A stretch of DNA of 64,000 bases from an uncultured delta proteobacterium (GCA_963695875.1 CAVOID010000012.1:32001-96000), one strand, 5' to 3'; shown: positions 11,042-26,773, counted from the stretch's first letter. Made by a program: numbers and translations. The notes: a model not told the origin generated them from the sequence alone.

Positions 11042-13024
11042 ATGTCACAAATTAACATTAAACGGGAGCAAATGGTTGAGACTGCAGACAAGGGACTATG
11101 TAAAAACAAAAAGGTATTGGTTGTGGATAATGATCCCGTTATGTTGAGCTTTATGAATAATTTACTTGTGGGCCATGGTTACGAGGCATCAACTGCAGGT
11201 GACGGTCTAACTGTTCTGAATATTCTGGAAACATGTATACCGGATGTCATCATTATGGACTTGATCATGCCAAATATTAATGGAGAGAAGCTATGCCAGA
11301 TGATCAGAAAAATGCCGCGTATGAAAGACACTTATATCGTAATTCTGTCTGCTGTAGCTGCAGAGTATGAAACAAACCTGGCTGATCTGGGAGCTAATGC
11401 CTGTATTGCAAAGGGACCTTTTAATAAAATGTCGGAACGCATTCTAGAGGCTTTAGATAAATTATATCTCTCTGCACCTTACGATTTCACAAATAAAATT
11501 ATAGGTATCGAAGAGACGTATTCGCGGAATATTGTCAAAGAATTACTCTCAGTAAAAAGTCATTTGGAGGTTATTCTATCAAGCATATCTGAGGGTATCT
11601 TTGAAATTACATCTGACGCAAAGATCGTTTATGCAAACCCGACTGCTATTTCTATTCTTGGCGTTCCTGAGGAAAAGCTCTTAGCTTTAAATGTCCTTGA
11701 GCTGTTTTACGAGATTGACCGGATAAAGGTAGAAAAGCTTTTTAAAAATAAGGCAAAGGCCAAACAAAATATCAACGATGATTCATATCGACTCATAAAC
11801 GGAAAAGAAGTTTCTCTGAATATTTTGCCTATAAGAGATGAAGAAAATAAGGCTGTTGTTGTACTGAATGACATTAGTGATCGAAAGCGACTGGAAGCGA
11901 AGGTAAGACAGGCTCATAAAATAGAGGCAATAGGCACTTTAGCTGGCGGCATTGCCCATGATTTCAACAATCTTCTGATGGGAATTCAAGGGTACACATC
12001 GCTCATCCTCTTTGATATGAATACAAACCACCCTTATTACGAGAAGTTGAAGAAAATCGAGGACCAGGTAAGGAGCGGCGCAGAGCTGACCAAGCAGCTT
12101 TTGGGTTTTGCTCGTGGTGGCCGTTATGAGGTCAGGGTTGCTGATTTAAATGAGATAATTGATAAGACCTCGACGATGTTTGGAAGGACAAAGAAGGAGA
12201 TCAGTATTCACCGCAAGTATGCGGATGCTCTCTGGGCAGTGGAGGTCGATCGCGGGCAGATAGAGCAGGCGCTTTTGAATCTGTATGTGAATGCCTGGCA
12301 GGCAATGCCCAGCGGCGGAGATATATATCTGGAGACCGCTAACGTTACTATAGATCAAGAGTATAAGAAATTGTTTGCTGTAAAGCCTGGAAAGTATGTA
12401 AAGGTCTCGGTTATGGATACGGGAATAGGAATGGATGAGAAGACGAAGGAGAGGATATTCGAGCCGTTTTTCACCACTAAGGGCATGGGAAGGGGTACGG
12501 GGCTTGGCCTCGCATCTGCCTATGGTATTATCAAGGGGCACAATGGTATAATAAATGTATACAGTGAGAAGGGGCATGGGACAAAATTTACCATATATCT
12601 TCCTGCATCGGGAAAAGCGGTTATGAAGGAGAAAGAGACTTCCGTGGATATTGTGAAAGGTGAGGAATCCCTCCTTCTTGTGGACGATGAAGATGTAATC
12701 ATTGATGTGAGCAAAGAGATTTTGGAAACGTTGGGCTATCATGTCCAAGTTGCGAGGAGCGGCAAGGAAGCTATAGATATATATAAAGAGAAGGGAAACG
12801 AGATTGATCTGGTTATATTGGACATGATTATGCCTGGTATAAGTGGCAGTGAGACATTCAATACTCTCAAGTCAATCAATCCTGACATAAAGGTGATCCT
12901 TTCAAGCGGGTACAGCATAGACGGCAAGGCGAAGGAGATTATGGAACGAGGTTGTAGAGCATTTATACAGAAACCTTTTGAGATGTCTGATTTGTCAAAT
13001 AAAATAAGAAAAGTTTTGGCTTAA
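11042..13024 (+). CDS. Hybrid histidine kinase REC-PAS-HisKA-HATPase-REC (CckA-like core)
   Basis: N-terminal REC (IIMDLIMP), PAS (YANP), [28 protein letters not shown]-terminal REC (VILDMIMPG). Confidence 0.93.
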   Translation: MSQINIKREQMVETADKGLCKNKKVLVVDNDPVMLSFMNNLLVGHGYEASTAGDGLTVLNILETCIPDVIIMDLIMPNINGEKLCQMIRKMPRMKDTYIVILSAVAAEYETNLADLGANACIAKGPFNKMSERILEALDKLYLSAPYDFTNKIIGIEETYSRNIVKELLSVKSHLEVILSSISEGIFEITSDAKIVYANPTAISILGVPEEKLLALNVLELFYEIDRIKVEKLFKNKAKAKQNINDDSYRLINGKEVSLNILPIRDEENKAVVVLNDISDRKRLEAKVRQAHKIEAIGTLAGGIAHDFNNLLMGIQGYTSLILFDMNTNHPYYEKLKKIEDQVRSGAELTKQLLGFARGGRYEVRVADLNEIIDKTSTMFGRTKKEISIHRKYADALWAVEVDRGQIEQALLNLYVNAWQAMPSGGDIYLETANVTIDQEYKKLFAVKPGKYVKVSVMDTGIGMDEKTKERIFEPFFTTKGMGRGTGLGLASAYGIIKGHNGIINVYSEKGHGTKFTIYLPASGKAVMKEKETSVDIVKGEESLLLVDDEDVIIDVSKEILETLGYHVQVARSGKEAIDIYKEKGNEIDLVILDMIMPGISGSETFNTLKSINPDIKVILSSGYSIDGKAKEIMERGCRAFIQKPFEMSDLSNKIRKVLA

Positions 13025-13258
13025 GCTAAGATATATTATTAATAGTCATTATTTTGTAACCATAATAAGAATCATCAATCCTTCCTGATATCCATCAATC
13101 TATTAGAAGATAGACCAGTAACAAGAAGACAATCAAATTATAAATTCCAAGAGACTCTCGCTGAAGGATCAAGTGAGTTAGATTTCCTGTTGAAAAATGT
13201 ATTGACTATAAATTACCCTTATATTAATTATTTAAAAAATAATAAATATTCAGGATAA

Positions 13259-14599
13259 TTGGCAAGATTGGAAAAGAAATATATCTTTGTACATACGTTT
13301 GGCTGTCAGATGAATGTTCATGATTCTGAAAAGATCGTGGCATTGATGGAAAATGCCGGTTACGAAAGTGTGGACAATATTAGGAAGGCTGATCTGATAA
13401 TCATCAATACGTGCAGTATTAGAGAGAAGGCTGCACAAAAGGTGTACAGCCAACTGGGGAGATTAAGAAAGTTAAAAAAAGAAAAGCCTGAACTCATTAT
13501 CGGAGTGGGGGGGTGCCTCGCTCAGCAGTGGGGGGAGAAGTTCATTGAAAAAGTGCCTTACCTGAATCTGGTTTTCGGAACACATAACATATATCATCTT
13601 CCTGAATTTATAGACACAATAGAAAAGACAGGAGTGCCGGTTGTCAAAACGGAATTTTACGAATCTGTAAAGTCCCTCAGTATTGGGGCACAGTCAAGAA
13701 ATGGAAAAGTAAGTTCCTATGTAACTATAATGCAGGGCTGCAATAATTTCTGTTCTTACTGTGTTGTTCCCTACGTCCGTGGTCGGGAAGAGAACAGAGA
13801 GTTCCAGGAAATTATTGATGAAGTTAAAACAATTGCGGCTAAAGGTGTAAAAGAGGTTACTCTTCTTGGGCAGAACGTCAATTCCTATTGTGGAGCTAAT
13901 GGCATTGGACATGATTTTGCAGATTTGGTGCAGGAAATTGGGATGATTAGTGGTATAGAGAGGATAAGATTTACAACCTCGCACCCTAAAGATCTCTCCG
14001 ATAAGCTAGTGAATTGTTTTTCAGTAGTTGATAAATTGTGTGAACATATTCATCTTCCGGTACAGTCGGGATCTGACCGAATTCTCAGAATGATGAACCG
14101 TTGTTATACGAGTTTTGATTATTTTGACAGAGTGGATAAACTCAGAACCGAATGTCCTGACATCAGCATTACTTCGGACATTATCGTGGGATTTCCCGGT
14201 GAAACGGATAGGGATTTTCAGGCAACGATTGACATGATGGAAAAAATCAGGTTTGATAACATTTTTTCCTTCAAGTACTCGGAACGTGAGGGAACTGCTG
14301 CGGCAGGACTTGGTGACAAGGTTAGTGAATGTGTTAAGCGTGACAGACTGCGAATGGTTCAGGCTCTTCAAGAGAGACATACCATCGCGAGAAATAGAGC
14401 TATTATAGGCAAAAATGAACAGATTCTTGTTGAAACCATGAGTAAAAACTCCCAGGAAGATGTGGCGGGGAGAACGAGGACAAATAAAATTGTGAACTTT
14501 AAAGGGAATTCTGAACTGATCGGTAAAACCGTTTCTGTTACTATAACTGATGCATATCTCCATTCCCTGAGGGGAGAACTCACGAAGGGAGGTTACTAA
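13259..14599 (+). CDS. miaB: tRNA-2-methylthio-N6-dimethylallyladenosine synthase
   Basis: TFGCQMNVHDSE, NTCSIREKA, GCLAQ, radical SAM CNNFCSYC, C-terminal TRAM domain. Confidence 0.95.
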   Translation: MARLEKKYIFVHTFGCQMNVHDSEKIVALMENAGYESVDNIRKADLIIINTCSIREKAAQKVYSQLGRLRKLKKEKPELIIGVGGCLAQQWGEKFIEKVPYLNLVFGTHNIYHLPEFIDTIEKTGVPVVKTEFYESVKSLSIGAQSRNGKVSSYVTIMQGCNNFCSYCVVPYVRGREENREFQEIIDEVKTIAAKGVKEVTLLGQNVNSYCGANGIGHDFADLVQEIGMISGIERIRFTTSHPKDLSDKLVNCFSVVDKLCEHIHLPVQSGSDRILRMMNRCYTSFDYFDRVDKLRTECPDISITSDIIVGFPGETDRDFQATIDMMEKIRFDNIFSFKYSEREGTAAAGLGDKVSECVKRDRLRMVQALQERHTIARNRAIIGKNEQILVETMSKNSQEDVAGRTRTNKIVNFKGNSELIGKTVSVTITDAYLHSLRGELTKGGY

Positions 14600-15100
14600 A
14601 TGTTAATTAAGATGAAAGTCGCTGGATTAACGATAGATCCGCTGACGAATACGCCTATTGTAATTTTAAAGGATCTCGATGAGAAAAAGGCTATTCCTAT
14701 ATGGATAGGCCTTTTTGAAGCCAGCGCTATTGCAACGGAACTGGAAAAAATTACTTTTTCCAGGCCTATGACGCACGATCTTATATATGAACTTTTGAAG
14801 ACTCTTGGCGTTGAAGTAGTCAAGGTTGAGATTCATGATCTCAGAAATAACACTTTTTTTGCCAATATCCATTTGCTTAAGGAAAATGAAACAATTGTGG
14901 TTGATTCACGGCCGAGTGATGCAATTGCATTAGCATTGAGGGCTAATGCCCAGATATTTGTTGACGAAAAAGTCATCGAAAAATCGAGGAATGTCGATTT
15001 TGGCAAGAAGATAACGGATCTCGATAATTTAAAAGACGAAAAATTAAAAGAATTTCTTGAAAATCTTTCTCCTGAGGATTTTGGAAAGTATAAGATGTGA
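14600..15100 (+). CDS. Bifunctional nuclease family protein (DUF151)
   Basis: IPIWIGLFEASAI, RPMTHDL, DSRPSDAIALALR motifs. Confidence 0.9.
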   Translation: MLIKMKVAGLTIDPLTNTPIVILKDLDEKKAIPIWIGLFEASAIATELEKITFSRPMTHDLIYELLKTLGVEVVKVEIHDLRNNTFFANIHLLKENETIVVDSRPSDAIALALRANAQIFVDEKVIEKSRNVDFGKKITDLDNLKDEKLKEFLENLSPEDFGKYKM

Positions 15101-15267
15101 GGTGATCCATATATTTCAGAGATAAGATCAAAGAAGAAATGATAGTCTGCAGTATACGAGATGTGTTTTTGGTTCATATTTAACTGTATTTCGTTTTGAT
15201 TTTTGCCACGAGAGAGTACGGAAGTGCTTAAATTTGAAAATGTCGTGGCTCTTATTTTTTCAGAGAT

Positions 15268-16248
15268 ATGGAAAAGGAAATCGAAGATTTCGGCATTCAC
15301 ATGGATGTCGAGAGGAACCTTTCGCCAAATACGAGGAGAAATTATCTTGCCGATGTGAGACAGTTCAAACAGTTTCTTGACACTAACAATATTTCTGCAA
15401 GGGGAAATGATACTGATAACATGATCGACATTGACTATATTATAATCAGGGCCTTTCTGGGATCACTCTATCGTGAAAGGCTCAAGAAAATAACTATATC
15501 AAGAAAAGTGAGCGCACTAAGGACTTTTTTTAATTATCTCCAGCGCAAAGGAAAATTAAAGGTTAATCCGGCTCAGATGGTTCAGGCACCCAAGACGGAA
15601 AAATATATACCTGCATTTCTTTCCGTGGATGAAATGTTTACTCTGCTCAATGCAAAAAGCCGTTCAGATGCCGTAGGTGTAAGAGACAGGGCCATCATAG
15701 AGCTGTTCTATTCTTCAGGCATTCGTCTCAGCGAGCTTGTCGGTCTGAACATTAGGGATATCGATTACGGTCAGGGGTTGATGAAGGTCAAGGGGAAGGG
15801 AAAGAAGGAGAGGATAGTTCCCGTCGGTGATCAAGCAATTGTTGCCGTAAGAGCCTATCTTGAAAAAAGGTGTGAGATTTCGAGGACAAATGTAAAAAAT
15901 GATTATGGTGGTCCGATCTTTATCAGCAGGGAAGGTACCAGGCTAAGTACGAGGAGCGTGGCAAGAATCCTGGACAAATTGGTCATTTCTAGTGGATTGG
16001 GGAGAAAAATCAGCCCACATATGCTGCGGCATACTTTTGCCACGCATATGATGGAGGCTGGTGCTGATCTTCGGGCCATTCAGGAATTCCTTGGTCATGA
16101 GAGCCTTTCTACAACACAAAAATACACTTCTGTCAGTGTAGGGAGATTACTGGAAGTATACGATAAAGCCCATCCAAAGGCCGGAGGTGTTAATTCCGAA
16201 AAAAGGGAAGTTCATCAGGCAGGAGAAAATTCCAGCAAGGAAAAATAA
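15268..16248 (+). CDS. xerC: Tyrosine recombinase XerC
   Basis: RDRAIIELFYSSGIRLSEL, GKGKKER, PHMLRHTFATH, LGH...TTQKY; canonical position upstream of hslVU. Confidence 0.9.
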   Translation: MEKEIEDFGIHMDVERNLSPNTRRNYLADVRQFKQFLDTNNISARGNDTDNMIDIDYIIIRAFLGSLYRERLKKITISRKVSALRTFFNYLQRKGKLKVNPAQMVQAPKTEKYIPAFLSVDEMFTLLNAKSRSDAVGVRDRAIIELFYSSGIRLSELVGLNIRDIDYGQGLMKVKGKGKKERIVPVGDQAIVAVRAYLEKRCEISRTNVKNDYGGPIFISREGTRLSTRSVARILDKLVISSGLGRKISPHMLRHTFATHMMEAGADLRAIQEFLGHESLSTTQKYTSVSVGRLLEVYDKAHPKAGGVNSEKREVHQAGENSSKEK

Positions 16249-16284
16249 TTTACAAGACTCATCGAGGGAGGTTTAAAACCGCTT

Positions 16285-16872
16285 ATGAACATAAGGGGAA
16301 CCACCATATTGGCCGTCAAGCATAAGGGAAAGGTTACAGTTGCCGGTGACGGTCAGGTAACAATTGATGTAACAGTCATGAAACATGGAGCCAGAAAGGT
16401 TCGCAGGTTGTATAATAATCAAGTTATTGTCGGTTTCGCAGGTACAACAGCCGATGCATTCACCCTCTTTGACAGGTTTGACCAGAAGCTGGAGCAATAT
16501 AAAGGTAATTTATTGAGAGCGGCTGTTGAACTCACAAAGGACTGGAGGACAGACAGGATTTTGAGGCATCTGGAGGCATTAATGATTGCTGTCAGTAAGG
16601 AACATTTTTTGATCGTATCAGGAAATGGCGATGTCATTGAATCTGACGATGATGTGATGGCTATAGGATCAGGAGGTCCTTATGCACTGGCGGCAGCACG
16701 CGCCCTTGTCAGGTATTCGGATTTGACGGCAACAGAGATAGCGAAACAGGCTCTTAAGATTGCATCAGAAATCTGCATTTATACGAATGATAACATTACA
16801 GTCGAAGAGCTGGATATTCATCAGGACGCAGACGACAGAAAAAATGCGAAATCGAAAGGATTAAAAGGATAA
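16285..16872 (+). CDS. hslV: ATP-dependent protease peptidase subunit HslV
   Basis: [26 protein letters not shown]. Confidence 0.97.
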   Translation: MNIRGTTILAVKHKGKVTVAGDGQVTIDVTVMKHGARKVRRLYNNQVIVGFAGTTADAFTLFDRFDQKLEQYKGNLLRAAVELTKDWRTDRILRHLEALMIAVSKEHFLIVSGNGDVIESDDDVMAIGSGGPYALAAARALVRYSDLTATEIAKQALKIASEICIYTNDNITVEELDIHQDADDRKNAKSKGLKG

Positions 16873-16875
16873 TAT

Positions 16876-18258
16876 ATGTCGTCTAATCAATTGACACCAA
16901 GAGAGATTGTAGAACAATTAGACAAATATATCATCGGACAGGGTGAGGCCAAGAGGGCAGTTGCAATTGCACTCAGAAACCGGTGGAGGCGTCAGAATGT
17001 AACAAAAGAACTCGGAGAAGAAATATCCCCGAAAAACATCATTATGATTGGTCCAACAGGTGTGGGAAAGACAGAGATTGCCCGGAGACTCGCGAAACTG
17101 GACAATTCTCCATTTTTAAAGATAGAAGCATCAAAGTTTACCGAGGTCGGTTACGTTGGGAGGGATGTAGAGTCCATGGTTCGCGATCTCGTTGAACTGG
17201 CTGTGAATATGGTTAAATCAGAGGAGCAGGAAAATATAAAGCCTAAGGCGGCCGAGATTGCGGAAGAGAGGCTTCTTGATATTTTACTTCCACCGAAACC
17301 CGTTGAGAAGAAGGTGGAAGACCTAATTTCAGACAGACATTTGGAACTGCATGAAGCTGAGCAGCCTCAACAATTTGATAACACCCGTGAAAAAATGCGC
17401 AGACTTCTCCATGAAGGGAAGTTGGATAATCGATACGTGGATCTGGAGATACAGGAATCACGCAGTGGTCCGATGATAGAGGTATTTACTTCTTCCGGTA
17501 TCGAAGACATGGGATTGAATATCAAAGAGATGTTTGGGAATATATTTCCACAGAAGAAAAAAAAGGCGCGCGTAAAAATTCCCGAAGCGCTGGAAATACT
17601 CGAAAATGAGGAAGCCCAAAGACTGGTGGACATGGACAAAGTTACGAAAGCGGCTATTGAACGCGTGGAACAATCGGGAATCATATTTCTGGATGAGATC
17701 GATAAGATCGTTGGAAGCGATGGGACTCATGGTCCGGATGTTTCAAGGGAAGGTGTTCAGAGGGATCTACTGCCGATTGTGGAAGGTTCTACTGTAAATA
17801 CACGTTATGGAATGGTCAAAACCGACCATATCCTTTTTATCTCGGCAGGAGCGTTCAGTTCCTCAAAACCGTCTGATCTGATTCCGGAGCTTCAGGGGCG
17901 CTTTCCTATCAGGGTTGAGATGGATTCCCTTGGTAAAGATGAATTCATCAGGATCCTGACGGAACCCCATAATGCACTGATCAAACAGTACATTGAGATG
18001 ATGGCTACAGAAGGGGTTAAGCTGTCTTTCACGGACGATGCAATTGCGGAGATAGCGGAAGTGGCAGCGGTTGTTAACGAAAGAACAGAGAACATAGGGG
18101 CCAGGCGCCTTTATACAATTATGGAAACGCTTCTAGATGATATTTCCTTCAATGCCCCCGATATGGCAGGGACGGAAGAAGTCATTGATGCGAATTATGT
18201 AAAGGAAAAATTGGAGAACATCGTCGAGGATGAGGACCTAAGCAGGTATATCCTCTAA
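16876..18258 (+). CDS. hslU: ATP-dependent protease ATPase subunit HslU
   Basis: [50 protein letters not shown]. Confidence 0.97.
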   Translation: MSSNQLTPREIVEQLDKYIIGQGEAKRAVAIALRNRWRRQNVTKELGEEISPKNIIMIGPTGVGKTEIARRLAKLDNSPFLKIEASKFTEVGYVGRDVESMVRDLVELAVNMVKSEEQENIKPKAAEIAEERLLDILLPPKPVEKKVEDLISDRHLELHEAEQPQQFDNTREKMRRLLHEGKLDNRYVDLEIQESRSGPMIEVFTSSGIEDMGLNIKEMFGNIFPQKKKKARVKIPEALEILENEEAQRLVDMDKVTKAAIERVEQSGIIFLDEIDKIVGSDGTHGPDVSREGVQRDLLPIVEGSTVNTRYGMVKTDHILFISAGAFSSSKPSDLIPELQGRFPIRVEMDSLGKDEFIRILTEPHNALIKQYIEMMATEGVKLSFTDDAIAEIAEVAAVVNERTENIGARRLYTIMETLLDDISFNAPDMAGTEEVIDANYVKEKLENIVEDEDLSRYIL

Positions 18259-18270
18259 TTTAGAAGTTGA

Positions 18271-19173
<903 letters not shown>

Positions 19174-19186
19174 GAATCATTTGAAA

Positions 19187-19279
19187 AGGGTTCGAGGGCT
19201 CAAGGGGTCGAGCGATTCAAGCGAAATGCTGCTAGAACATAATACTCGAACTCTTGAACCCTTGAATCCTCAGAATCCT
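19187..19279. repeat. Inverted array of degenerate 8-mers (GGTTCRAG-like n / CTYGAAYC-like n)
   Basis: GGTTCGAG GGCTCAAG GGGTCGAG CGATTCAAG ... CTCGAACT CTTGAACC CTTGAATC; related element at 48312-48391. Confidence 0.7.
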
Positions 19280-19310
19280 GTTTTGAAGTAAGACAGGAGA
19301 ATGCAGAAAC

Positions 19311-20500
19311 ATGACAACCGATGAGTTAATCAGCCTTTCGGATAAATATATCATGGCAACGTACAAACGCTTTCCCATAGTGCTGGTGAGAGGTGCAGGT
19401 GCGAGGGTCTGGGATAGCAACGGGAAGGAATACCTTGATTTTGTTGCCGGGATTGCCGTGTGCAGCCTGGGACATTCGCATCCGAAGGTTATCGCGGCAA
19501 TAAAAAAGCAGGTGGAGATTCTCACCCATGTATCCAATCTCTATTATATAGAACCTCAGATTCATGTTGGCACGGATGCTGGTGGAAAATTCCTTTGCCG
19601 ACAAGGTATTTTTCTGTAACAGCGGTGCGGAGGCAAATGAGGCGGCGATAAAACTTGCCCGAAAGTATGCTTATGAAAACATGACGGGTGGAAAATATGA
19701 GTTGATTACCATGAAAGACTCATTTCATGGGCGCACCCTTGCAACGGTAACGGCTACGGGACAGACGAAGTTTCAGGTTGGCTTTTCACCGCTGCTGGAG
19801 GGATTCAGGTATGTGCCGTTCAATGATATTCCGGCCCTTAATGATGCAATTACGGAGAAGACATGCGGAATCATGCTCGAGCCGATCCAGGGAGAAGGGG
19901 GCATAAAAATTCCCGATGATGAATATCTCAGTAAGGTCAGGAAAATCTGTGATGACCGGGGACTTCTGATGATTCTCGACGAGGTTCAGGTAGCAATGGG
20001 AAGAACAGGCACCCTCTTCGCGTATGAACAGTATAATGTGAAAGCCTGATATCGTCACACTTGCAAAAGCCGTGGGTAACGGATTTCCCGTAGGGGTAAT
20101 GATGGCGACAGATAAGGTTGCATCTGCCTTTCAGCCCGGTAACCATGCCTCAACGTTCGGCGGGAATCCCCTTGCCATGGCTGCAGGTCTGGCGACATTG
20201 GAAACCATTCTGAATGATGGAGTTCTTGAAAACGTGAAGAGGGTGGGGGCTTATTTTATGAGAAGGCTTCACGAATTGAAAAGCAAGTGTCGCCGTGATC
20301 AAAGACGTAAGGGGAAGAGGATTGATTATCGGTGTGGAACTGACTATTGAAGGAGCGAATATCGTTAAAGAATGCATGGATAGAGGGCTTTTGATCAATT
20401 GCACCGGTGGAAATGTTCTTCGGTTTGTACCGCCATTTATTATTACGGAAGAGGATGTGGATACTGCCGTCGAAATTCTGGGTGAGGTGCTGGCAGCAAC

Positions 20501-20504
<4 letters not shown>
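19311..20504 (+). CDS. argD: Acetylornithine aminotransferase (3 frameshifts)
   Basis: [64 protein letters not shown] across collinear ORFs. Confidence 0.92.
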
Positions 20505-22648
<2,144 letters not shown>

Positions 22649-22659
22649 GACGGGGACCT

Positions 22660-24046
22660 ATGTCAGCAAAACAAAAGAAACCATGGGGTGGGCGATTTCG
22701 CGAACCGACAAATAAAATGGTGGAGGCATTCACCGCTTCTATTCACTTTGATAAACGACTCTATCGCTACGATATTGAGGGGAGCATTGCCCATACAAGA
22801 ATGTTAGCAAGGCAGAAGCTCATTACAAGAGAGGATGAGAGGCTCATCATCATCGGATTGAAGGGAATCCTGGCGGATATCGAAAAAGGGGAATTTATCT
22901 TTAAACCCGAAGATGAAGATATCCACATGGCTATAGAAAAGGCCCTCATAGAGAGGGCAGGTGCAGCGGGTGAGAAACTCCATACTGCGAGAAGCAGAAA
23001 TGATCAGGTCTCGCTGGATGTCCGCATGTATCTCAGAGAGGAAATCGAGCAGATCATTAAAATGGTGGCTCGGCTTAAAGACATTGCTCGTTGGACTGGC
23101 CAATAGGGAAGATGGCACCATAATGCCCGGATATACTCACCTGCAAAAGGCGCAACCTGTGTTGTTGGCCCATTATCTTATAGCTTACTGGGATATGCTG
23201 GATCGGGATGAGCAGCGATTACGCGAATGCTATGCGCGTGTGAACATTATGCCACTGGGTTCTGCTGCCCTGGCAGGAACCGGCTTGCCGATTGACAGGG
23301 CATATGTCGCGAACCTGCTGAAATTTCGAGAAATGTCTAAAAACAGCATGGATGCCGTTTCGGACCGGGACTTTGTTGCAGAGTTCGTCTTTGCCGCTTC
23401 TCTTATCATGATGCATATGAGCCGATTCTGCGAAGACCTCATCATCTGGTCAACGGATGAGTTTCAATTTGTGGAGATATCTGATGCTTTTACCACAGGA
23501 AGCAGCATTATGCCGCAAAAGAAGAATCCCGACGTAGCTGAACTTATTCGGGGGAAAACAGGGCGCGTATACGGGAATCTTGTTTCGCTTCTTACGGTCA
23601 TGAAGGGACTTCCCATGACATATAACAGGGACCTCCAGGAGGATAAGGAGCCCCTCTTCGATACTGTTGATACGATAAAAAGATGTCTTGAGATCCTGTC
23701 ATCAATGATTAAAAGTGTGAAGTTCAATCGGGTAAAGATGTTAGAAGATGCTTCTGGGGGCTTCTCGACGGCAACTGACGTTGCTGAATATCTCGTTATG
23801 AAAGGTATTCCTTTCCGTACAGCCCATGAAATCGTCGGTCGACTTGTTGCATATTGTATTGGGAAAGATAAAGAAATGCATGTTATTACGTTGAAAGAAT
23901 TCCGCCAGTTCAGCAAGAGCTTCGGGGAAGACATTTACGAATATCTTAAAGTTGAAAACGCTGTGAATTCAAGAAAAAGCCCCGGCAGTACTTCCAGGGA
24001 AGCGGTTTTGATGCGGATAAGAGATATTGAAGGCAGAAAGAAATGA
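22660..24046 (+). CDS. argH: Argininosuccinate lyase (1 frameshift)
   Basis: PWGGRF, EDIH, HTARSRNDQ, MPGYTHLQ, GSSIMPQKKNPD, YNRDLQEDK. Confidence 0.95.
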
Positions 24047-24532
24047 TAAAGGCAGACAGACTTCTATGCATCTTATTCTGTTTTTGTATGCTTCTCGGGG
24101 GAGGTATCCAGAGCTGTGGGAAAAAAGGTGATCCGCGGCCTCCTGGTATTCCTCCGCCACGAGCCATTTCTGACCTCAGAGCAAAGATCGTTGAAGCAGG
24201 GGTTATTCTCCGCTGGAGTGTCCCTGATGCAAAGAGTGGTATTCGGAATTTTAAGATACAGAGAAGCGATCTTCCGACGGAGGGCGCTGTGTGTCCGGAT
24301 TGTCCCCGTGAATATAATACCATAGCGGACATTTCTGCGAATGATCCACTGCTGACCAGGGAAGAGGGAAATATTGTAAGCTATCTGGATCGGCGCATCA
24401 AGACCGGGTATATTTACACATATCGTATTATCGTATGCGATATAAGGCGGACTTTGCAGTGAGGCATCCAATATTGAGGAAGTAAGAATCTTCCCTGATC
24501 TGCCTCAGAAGGAAAGTCAGAGAAATAAATAA
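24043..24532 (+). CDS. Lipoprotein with CGKKG.P.PP N-terminus and fibronectin-III-like domain (frameshift near C-terminus)
   Basis: Signal peptide plus SCGKKGDPRPP, VILRWSVP, CPDCP, YTYRI; continues ..SEASN.. in another frame to TAA 24532. Confidence 0.7.
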
Positions 24533-24573
24533 TTTAGGAAGGCAATATTTATTGTAACAAGGGCAAGTGGTAA

Positions 24574-25837
24574 ATGAATTATTTTCATTACAAAGACAGG
24601 CAGACTGTGGTGCGAGGAAGTTCCTGTTAGTGATATTGCCAGGGATGTGGGGACACCGTTCTATCTTTACAGTCACAGGACTCTGAGACATCATTTCCGT
24701 GTCTTCGATGAGGCGTTTGCTGATCTTCCACACATGATCTGCTTTTCTGTTAAATCTAATTCAAATATTGCCGTACTCAGGATTTTTATTAATGAAGGAA
24801 GCGGCGTGGATATTGTGTCCGGTGGGGAGCTGTATCGAGCCCTGCAAGCGGGGGTGGATACGCAGAAGATCGTTTATTCCGGTGTGGGGAAGAGAGTCGA
24901 TGAAATCGAATATGCACTCAAATCAGACATCCTGATGTTTAATGTTGAGTCATCACAGGAGCTTCATGTAATCAATAACTGTGCTGAAAAGTTGGGGAAG
25001 ACGGCCGGAATTGCATTACGGGTGAACCCGGATGTAGATCCTGAAACCCATCCTCACATATCAACGGGCCTTAAAGAAAACAAATTTGGGATTGACATCG
25101 GCAGATCAAGGGAGGAATACCGGAAGGCAAAGAGACTGGCTAATATAGATATTAAAGGGGTAAGCTGTCATATCGGTTCACAGGTGACCAAGATTTCTCC
25201 TTTTATAGATACCCTTGATCGTCTAAAAAAACTGATTAAATTTCTCACAGAAGATGATATAGAAATCAAGTATGTTGATTTGGGAGGCGGCCTCGGTATA
25301 ACCTACGACCAGGAAGAGGCCCCCCATCCTTCAGAGTATGCAAAGGCTATCATTGATGCAGCAAAGGATATATATTGTACTTTTATTTTTGAACCGGGAA
25401 GGGTTATTGTAGGCAATGCCGGCATAATGGTAACAGAGGTACTTTATACAAAACGCAATGCAGGGAAAATGTTTATCATTATCGATGCAGGCATGAACGA
25501 TTTAATTCGTCCCAGCTTATATGATTCATACCATCATATTCAACCGGTGATTCAGAAAGAGAGGGGTGAAATTGTTGCTGATGTGGTTGGTCCTATTTGT
25601 GAATCTGGTGACTATCTGGCAAGGGAGAGAAAGATTTTCAGGTTTGAGAGAGGCGAATTGATGGCGGTTATGAGTGCAGGTGCGTATGGATTTTCCATGT
25701 CATCCAATTATAATTCAAGAGGAAGGATACCGGAAGTACTGGTCAAAGATGATCGTTTCTTTATCATCAGAAAAAGGGAAACATACAGCGATTTAATCAG
25801 GGGAGAAGAGTTGCCGGAATTCTTAAAGCAGCAGTAA
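24574..25837 (+). CDS. lysA: Diaminopimelate decarboxylase (frameshift near N-terminus)
   Basis: ATG 24574 MNYFHYKD; GTPFYLYS, FSVKSN, HIGSQ, DLGGG, EPGR, GPICESGD, GAYG, SNYNSR. Confidence 0.95.
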
Positions 25838-25900
25838 TCACGGCGTGGGCTAAAGCATTCAGTCAAAGCAACTGAGTATATTGAGGGATAAGGAGAAATT

Positions 25901-26773
25901 ATGTTTAGCGGAGCAATTGTAGCAATTGTTACACCTTTCAAAAACGGAAAGGTGGATGAGGAGACGTTGAGGAGACTGATTGAATTTCAAATCGCTAACG
26001 GGACAGATGGGATAGTTCCGTGTGGAACGACAGGAGAGTCCTCAACCTTGTCACACGAGGAACATGACAGAGTAATTGAGATCACCATAGATGCTGTAAA
26101 AAAAAGAGTACCGGTCATTGCCGGAACCGGTTCCAATAGTACGGATGAAGCCCTCCGGTTAACGAAGCATGCCCATGAGGCAGGTGCTGATGGGGCGTTG
26201 ATGGTCTGTCCATATTACAATAGACCGACCCAGGAAGGACTTTATCAGCATTTTAAGATCATTGCGGAAAGTGTTCCGATTCCGATTGTCCCGTACAATA
26301 TTCCAGGCAGGACCGGGGTCAATCTTATGCCGGAGACTGTCGCAAGACTTTCCAAAATCAGCAATATTGTCGGAATTAAAGAGGCATCCGGTTCTCTGAA
26401 ACAGATGCATGACGTGATCAGTCTTTGTGAGAAAGATTTTGACGTCCTTTCCGGAGATGATTTTTTTACATTGCCGTTATTGCTGCTTGGCGGCAAAGGG
26501 GTTATTTCCGTTATTTCCAATGTGGCACCTGCCGATATGGCGTCCATGATAGATGCTTTTGCAGGCGGTGATATCAGGAAAGCAAGACAATTGCATGATA
26601 AAATGGTTCCTCTGATTGATGCGCTGTTTCTTGAAACCAATCCGGTACCGGTTAAAGCTGCCCTGGCTATGATGGGGAAAATTTCATACGACGTGCGGCT
26701 TCCATTGTATAAAATGTCTGACAGTAACTATGAAAAACTGAAGAGTGCCATGAAAAATTATAGGCTTATCTAA
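25901..26773 (+). CDS. dapA: 4-hydroxy-tetrahydrodipicolinate synthase
   Basis: GTTGES, PYYNRP, YNIPGRT, GIKEASG, ETNPVPVK. Confidence 0.96.
   Translation: MFSGAIVAIVTPFKNGKVDEETLRRLIEFQIANGTDGIVPCGTTGESSTLSHEEHDRVIEITIDAVKKRVPVIAGTGSNSTDEALRLTKHAHEAGADGALMVCPYYNRPTQEGLYQHFKIIAESVPIPIVPYNIPGRTGVNLMPETVARLSKISNIVGIKEASGSLKQMHDVISLCEKDFDVLSGDDFFTLPLLLLGGKGVISVISNVAPADMASMIDAFAGGDIRKARQLHDKMVPLIDALFLETNPVPVKAALAMMGKISYDVRLPLYKMSDSNYEKLKSAMKNYRLI

Noticed and set aside
12146..12748. 200-aa minus-strand ORF and other overlapping short ORFs in the track
   Set aside because: They are antisense to well-supported genes and have no recognisable features.
15268..16248. Tyrosine recombinase as a prophage or island integrase
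   Set aside because: It has XerC-like size and motifs in the standard xerC-hslVU context, with no att sites or phage genes nearby.
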